Assembly: GCF_006345805.1 (NCBI RefSeq)
Contig: NC_042999.1
Coordinates: 101,804,001-101,868,000 of the forward strand
Length of the DNA: 64,000 nt
DNA from: Octopus sinensis
Lineage: Eukaryota
Reading direction: 5' to 3'
Below, piece after piece: positions 63,301 through 64,000 of this stretch. A program made the translations under genes and the position numbers. How positions within the stretch are numbered: position 1 is the stretch's first letter; every line of letters begins with the position of its first letter. The notes beneath the pieces are model-generated. The model saw nothing but the letters and a program-made list of their open reading frames with translations. It searched no databases and was not told where the DNA came from.

Positions 63301-64000
63301 AGTATAAAAACTGAACATTTGTATTAGAATTCCAACTTTTAGAGGTGCTACCACCATTGTAGCATAAAAATGTGTACTTTTATATTATCCAATATAGCAG
63401 AGTTGTTATATTTTGGGCACATCCACTATTCAGGGCTAATATCAAATGTACTCAGTCCTTAAAATATACTTCAGGACTTCCATCATAGCTTAACTTTGAG
63501 CACCCAACATGTTTCACCTCACTATACCAAGTACTAAGAACAATTGTGATATTTCCTGATGCTTATTTTCTTGGATTTGCGTTACAAGAAATTGGCATTC
63601 TTTTAAGTAGAATTTTAGTCAAGATAATTATTTTTAAAAATTTCAGCAGACATGATAAATAAATTGAAATATTTTATTTCTTCTTAAAGAAAAATTAAAC
63701 ATTAACCTGATTAGCAATTCAGTTTCAAATTTTGAGCTTCGTCACAATACCTCATATAATTATTAACAAGTCAGAAGAGAAGTAGACTAATGGAATCCTG
63801 CATGATTCATTCAAGTCTACTAAAAATTCTGAAAATGTTTCTGTAACTACTAACCAAAAGAAGGTTAGGTCATTATAAGCCTATGAATGCATCAGTAAAT
63901 ATTTAGAAGATTATGAAACAAAACTACAACAGAGGACAATGGAAAATTAATCTTTCAACAAGATTTGAGAAAAATAAGTTTTATTTGCTATGAAATTTTC

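Noticed and set aside
44812-64000. Search for Arp3 exon 1 (D-[CN]-G-T-G|gt on the minus strand)
   Set aside because: Near-matches at 56177 (SGTG without GT) and 58218 (wrong residues) fail, so no exon was called.

Overview
AT-rich, microsatellite- and transposon-rich eukaryotic DNA. The repeat families and AT/microsatellite content suggest a coleoid cephalopod, most likely Octopus (inference). Two intron-containing housekeeping genes lie on the minus strand. MRPS30 (mitoribosomal mL65/S30) has 3 exons in the window (7501-6722, 4222-4111, 1158-991) and its remaining exon(s) fall left of base 1. ACTR3/Arp3 has 10 coding exons between 44811 and 21889; all splice sites are GT-AG and all phases are consistent. 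Its 44-nt first coding exon was not found and probably lies beyond base 64000. The introns and intergenic DNA hold a near-intact irritans-type mariner inside a (TA)n tract, a decayed pogo/Passer-like transposon with a nested retroelement tail, several MITE families (one young GG-terminal MITE with an 8-bp TSD, Merlin-like), decayed RTE and CR1/Jockey-like LINE ends, tRNA-like SINEs, a perfect 61-bp palindrome and a 140-bp foldback. I found no prokaryotic-type system (CRISPR, operon) and no convincing new protein-coding gene. The most unusual pattern is a retroelement 3' tail that carries a differently sized internal tandem array in each copy, mostly built around one short motif.
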